Under the pieces are notes generated by a model. That model did not search any database. It saw nothing but the letters and a program-made list of their open reading frames with translations, and was not told the origin of the DNA. Below, piece after piece: positions 62,401 to 64,000 of a stretch of 64,000 nucleotides of DNA; positions within the stretch are counted from its first letter, which is position 1; each line of letters begins with the position of its first letter. Made by a program: the position numbers and the translations under genes. The stretch covers positions 1-64,000 of the forward strand of contig JBGAML010000012.1 in NCBI GenBank assembly GCA_044223005.1, written 5' to 3'. The DNA is from Candidatus Eiseniibacteriota bacterium. Its GTDB lineage: Bacteria > Eisenbacteria > RBG-16-71-46.

Positions 62401-62552
62401 TGCAGCGCGGCCCGCTCGCGGCCGGGCGGCATCGCTTCGCCCCCGCTCCGGGCGAGGCGACCGCCCCCGGTCTCGTGGTGGCGCGCGCTCGCATCCGCGG
62501 CGCGGACGGCCGGACGATCGAACGGCTCACGCGAGCCGTGCAGTTGCGCTGA
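59424..62552 (+). CDS. Large secreted Gly/Thr-rich beta-helix (autotransporter passenger-like) protein with FlgD-like C-terminal domain
   Basis: GGAGG RBS; signal peptide; WTG....NW; IG..G.G.L repeats; G.L.PG; F.L.LP..ADV.IELFDVAGR.V.TL tail; no beta-barrel. Confidence 0.8.
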   Translation: MYRNPIHPDRVARALGRARALAVALALLLAPATPRSAAAINYTWTGAINALAGNPGNWNPAGVPGAADWVIFDTAGAYDVTFGSLVPTTTEFIVRDGEPHYTFATPHTVSTILSVSNLAAGPTPNARIDSGTLTLAGNFSVGTTPNADASLSLWGSTTSVTTTSASGWTRIGSEGTGKLYLYDGATLTLARAPEIGRTALGNDGDGELSVYGEIGGATAAHSKLIVTDTTNAFLVGAGASTGSVTASANGDITIAGDLTLANSPGGVATFLAVSPSAGEPATVTIGGDLNLTRDTGNGVAGGNATYLVADHSLTTVAGTTWTYDDIAGGSGKILASGTSGVLSTHDLRTSDPNAQLQLFGSTVRVDGGTLDLGGKSYGFGSLTWQPVLELAGGATADLHGTTSPTLTVGEIGQAELRVLGGSTLAVHDFGLFVGNVTASGARLVVDTGGQVTVDDALIVGHSGPGDLLVSGGSQVTAYDLGFATLAGPSTATGTIESLSDVHATHQFDMSGVSSSSGMASQLTVTGGARLWLDAAGVSGQLWQGSALGFSGGGELHLAGVLVDRGSMSFSGGALSEGGTLQPIAGGVLSAEGTLHSALFTVIDTTGVLQATGDLTIGDDTALGMNFVGLTQVGTHRVRLVDADSAAIGRVTLSGGTLVAPPGGLKLIAGRNLSGTGTVSGLFRPYGNVVATGTEGIAFDGIVLGQGQTMSGTLVRMRKGGVLFGGVGNYGGTGVLAASVEVDSGGTIFATNDMTLGSGVAGSHVTIDGLFAAANSDIDIVTADTTRVSGVFSLLGGTLTLPGTLPLRVLPKGRLLGTGTVIGGVVVDGTLEPGTGARSLTVQALRLRTGSTLAFDVGSPAATLKDSLAAVGTAVLGGTLALHALPGFALVPGDSFLVVSAGTLSGAFAAVTLYGADASGAIVLHTHNNQVWAVITNTSLDVRDPLPGDGDVRTLRFASLGSPARSLAFALELPEHADVTIELFDVAGRHVSTLQRGPLAAGRHRFAPAPGEATAPGLVVARARIRGADGRTIERLTRAVQLR

Positions 62553-62571
62553 GATCGCGCGGAGCCCCCGG

Positions 62572-62605
62572 ACGCCGGCGGCCGCACTCACGCGGCCGCC
62601 GGCGT
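62572..62605 (+). terminator. Perfect 14-bp hairpin after the large secreted protein gene
   Basis: ACGCCGGCGGCCGC-actcac-GCGGCCGCCGGCGT. Confidence 0.55.
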
Positions 62606-62730
62606 TCGCGTGCCATCCCCACCCGCCGGCCCGAACGCCCCGCCGCCGATCGGCGCCCGGCGCGACGGCCCGCCCCTCGCGGGAGTTCCTCCGCCTCGAC
62701 GCGCCTCCCGGGCTCCGCCATGATCGGCGC

Positions 62731-63648
62731 ATGCTCCCCCGTCGCTCGTGCCCATCGCTGGCTTTCGCCCTGCTCGCCGCGCTGCTGCTCCCCGGGCCCG
62801 CGCTCGCCTCGCGGCACGTGCTGGTCGTGAGCGTCGACGGCCTGCGGCCCGACGTGGCGCTGCGGGCGGACATGCCGGTGCTCCGAGCGCTCATGGCGCG
62901 CGGCGCCTTCACGATGTACGCGGTCACGACCGACGTCGCGATCACTCTGCCCTCGCACGCGTCCATGCTCACGGGCGTGACGCCGGAGAAGCACGGCATC
63001 CACTTCAACGGCGATCCCGGCCCGACGGATCCCACCGCGCCCGCGTGGCCGACGCTGCTCGACGTGGCGCACCGCGCGGGACTGCGCACGGCGCTCGCGG
63101 CGGGCAAGAGCAAGTTCTCCGTGCTCGCGACACCGGGCACGGTCGACTTCGCCTCCGTGCCCGCGCGCGGGAGCACCGCTCCCGATTCGGCGGTGGCGAT
63201 GACGATGGTGCGCTGGATCGTCGAGCGGCGCCCGGACGTGATGTTCCTGCACCTGCCGAGCCTCGACTGGGTCGGTCACGCGAGCGGCTGGGGCTCGCCC
63301 GCGCAGGTCGTGGCCGCGCGCAGCCCGGACCGCGCGCTCGGGTTCGTGCTCCGGGCGCTGTCCCAGACGGGCCTGGCGGATTCGACGCTGGTGATCGTGA
63401 GCGCCGATCACGGCGGCGCCGGCCGGACGCACGGCGGCACCGATGCGCGCAGCCGCCTGATCCCGTGGATCGCGGCGGGTCCGGGCGTGCGGCCGGGCGA
63501 CGACCTCACGCGCGAGGCCGCGCTGACCGTGCACACCGAGGACACGTTCGCGACCGCGTGCGCGTGGCTCGGCCTCGTGCCGCCGAAGCCGGTCGACGGA
63601 CGTGCGGTGAGCGAGATCTTCGAGACGGGCGCGCCGGCGGCACGTTAG
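62731..63648 (+). CDS. Alkaline phosphatase superfamily / nucleotide pyrophosphatase-phosphodiesterase
   Basis: SVDGLRPD, TLPSHASMLTG, D.VGH..GW, SADHGG. Confidence 0.88.
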   Translation: MLPRRSCPSLAFALLAALLLPGPALASRHVLVVSVDGLRPDVALRADMPVLRALMARGAFTMYAVTTDVAITLPSHASMLTGVTPEKHGIHFNGDPGPTDPTAPAWPTLLDVAHRAGLRTALAAGKSKFSVLATPGTVDFASVPARGSTAPDSAVAMTMVRWIVERRPDVMFLHLPSLDWVGHASGWGSPAQVVAARSPDRALGFVLRALSQTGLADSTLVIVSADHGGAGRTHGGTDARSRLIPWIAAGPGVRPGDDLTREAALTVHTEDTFATACAWLGLVPPKPVDGRAVSEIFETGAPAAR

Positions 63649-63685
63649 TCTGCGCGGCACGCGTCCCGAACTCCCGGAGGTCCGC

Positions 63686-64000
63686 ATGTCGTTCGCCCGT
63701 CGCCACGCCGCGTTCCGCTCGCTGCACGGTTCCGGCTGCTTCGTGATCCCGAATCCGTGGGACGCCGGCAGCGCCCGCTGGCTCGAGCACCTGGGCTTTC
63801 CCGCGCTGGCTTCGAGCAGCGCGGGCTTCGCGTTCTCGCGCGGGTTCCGCGACCACGGCGCGACGCTCGACGAGGTGCTGGAACACCTGCGCACGCTCGT
63901 CGCCGCGGTCGACGTGCCGATCAACGCCGACTTCGGGACCGGCTTCGCGGTCGAGCCCGACGGCGTGGCGGCGAACGTCCGGCGCGCGGCGGAAACGGGT
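63686..64000 (+). CDS. Isocitrate lyase/PEP mutase family protein (partial, runs off the right edge)
   Basis: GGAGG RBS; translation gives FR.LH..GCFVIPNPWDAGSAR, LASSSAG, P.NADF..GF. Confidence 0.88.
   Translation, partial: MSFARRHAAFRSLHGSGCFVIPNPWDAGSARWLEHLGFPALASSSAGFAFSRGFRDHGATLDEVLEHLRTLVAAVDVPINADFGTGFAVEPDGVAANVRRAAETG

Noticed and set aside
59004..63176. 1390-aa minus-strand ORF
   Set aside because: Shadow of the secreted beta-helix protein and phosphatase genes.

Overview
High-GC bacterial chromosomal window. Several secreted proteins carry FlgD-Ig/T9SS-like C-terminal domains, which suggests an FCB-related lineage such as Ca. Eisenbacteria (inference only). The first ~16.5 kb is accessory DNA, read here as a tandem array of at least four integrative elements at one tRNA-Ser(CGA) target. 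The junctions are copies of the tRNA 5' half ending exactly at the anticodon loop (1522-1560 and 16007-16045 identical; 5879-5897 degenerate), flanked by element-specific direct repeats and, at the intact copies, a promoter. The array holds: (A) the end of an element with a probable RES-type gene; (B) a complete 4.4-kb element with HUH rolling-circle Rep, excisionase, tyrosine integrase and a DUF5343 + TIGR02391/Ymh (R-X4-H) candidate defence pair; (C) a 10-kb integrase-less heavy-metal efflux island with a G8-frameshifted CDF gene; (D) a truncated relative of B. The remainder is mostly backbone: secreted nuclease, laminin-B and beta-helix proteins, LysR-MFS, a heme-c chemoreceptor, AmgK/MurU-like recycling genes, cyclic beta-1,2-glucan synthase, prolyl oligopeptidase, and a Crp/Fnr-linked nirK-nirV-sco cluster followed by a copper-uptake operon with a DUF2946-like leader, then lpxD and a cold-shock gene. 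All calls are by eye from motifs; no searches were run.
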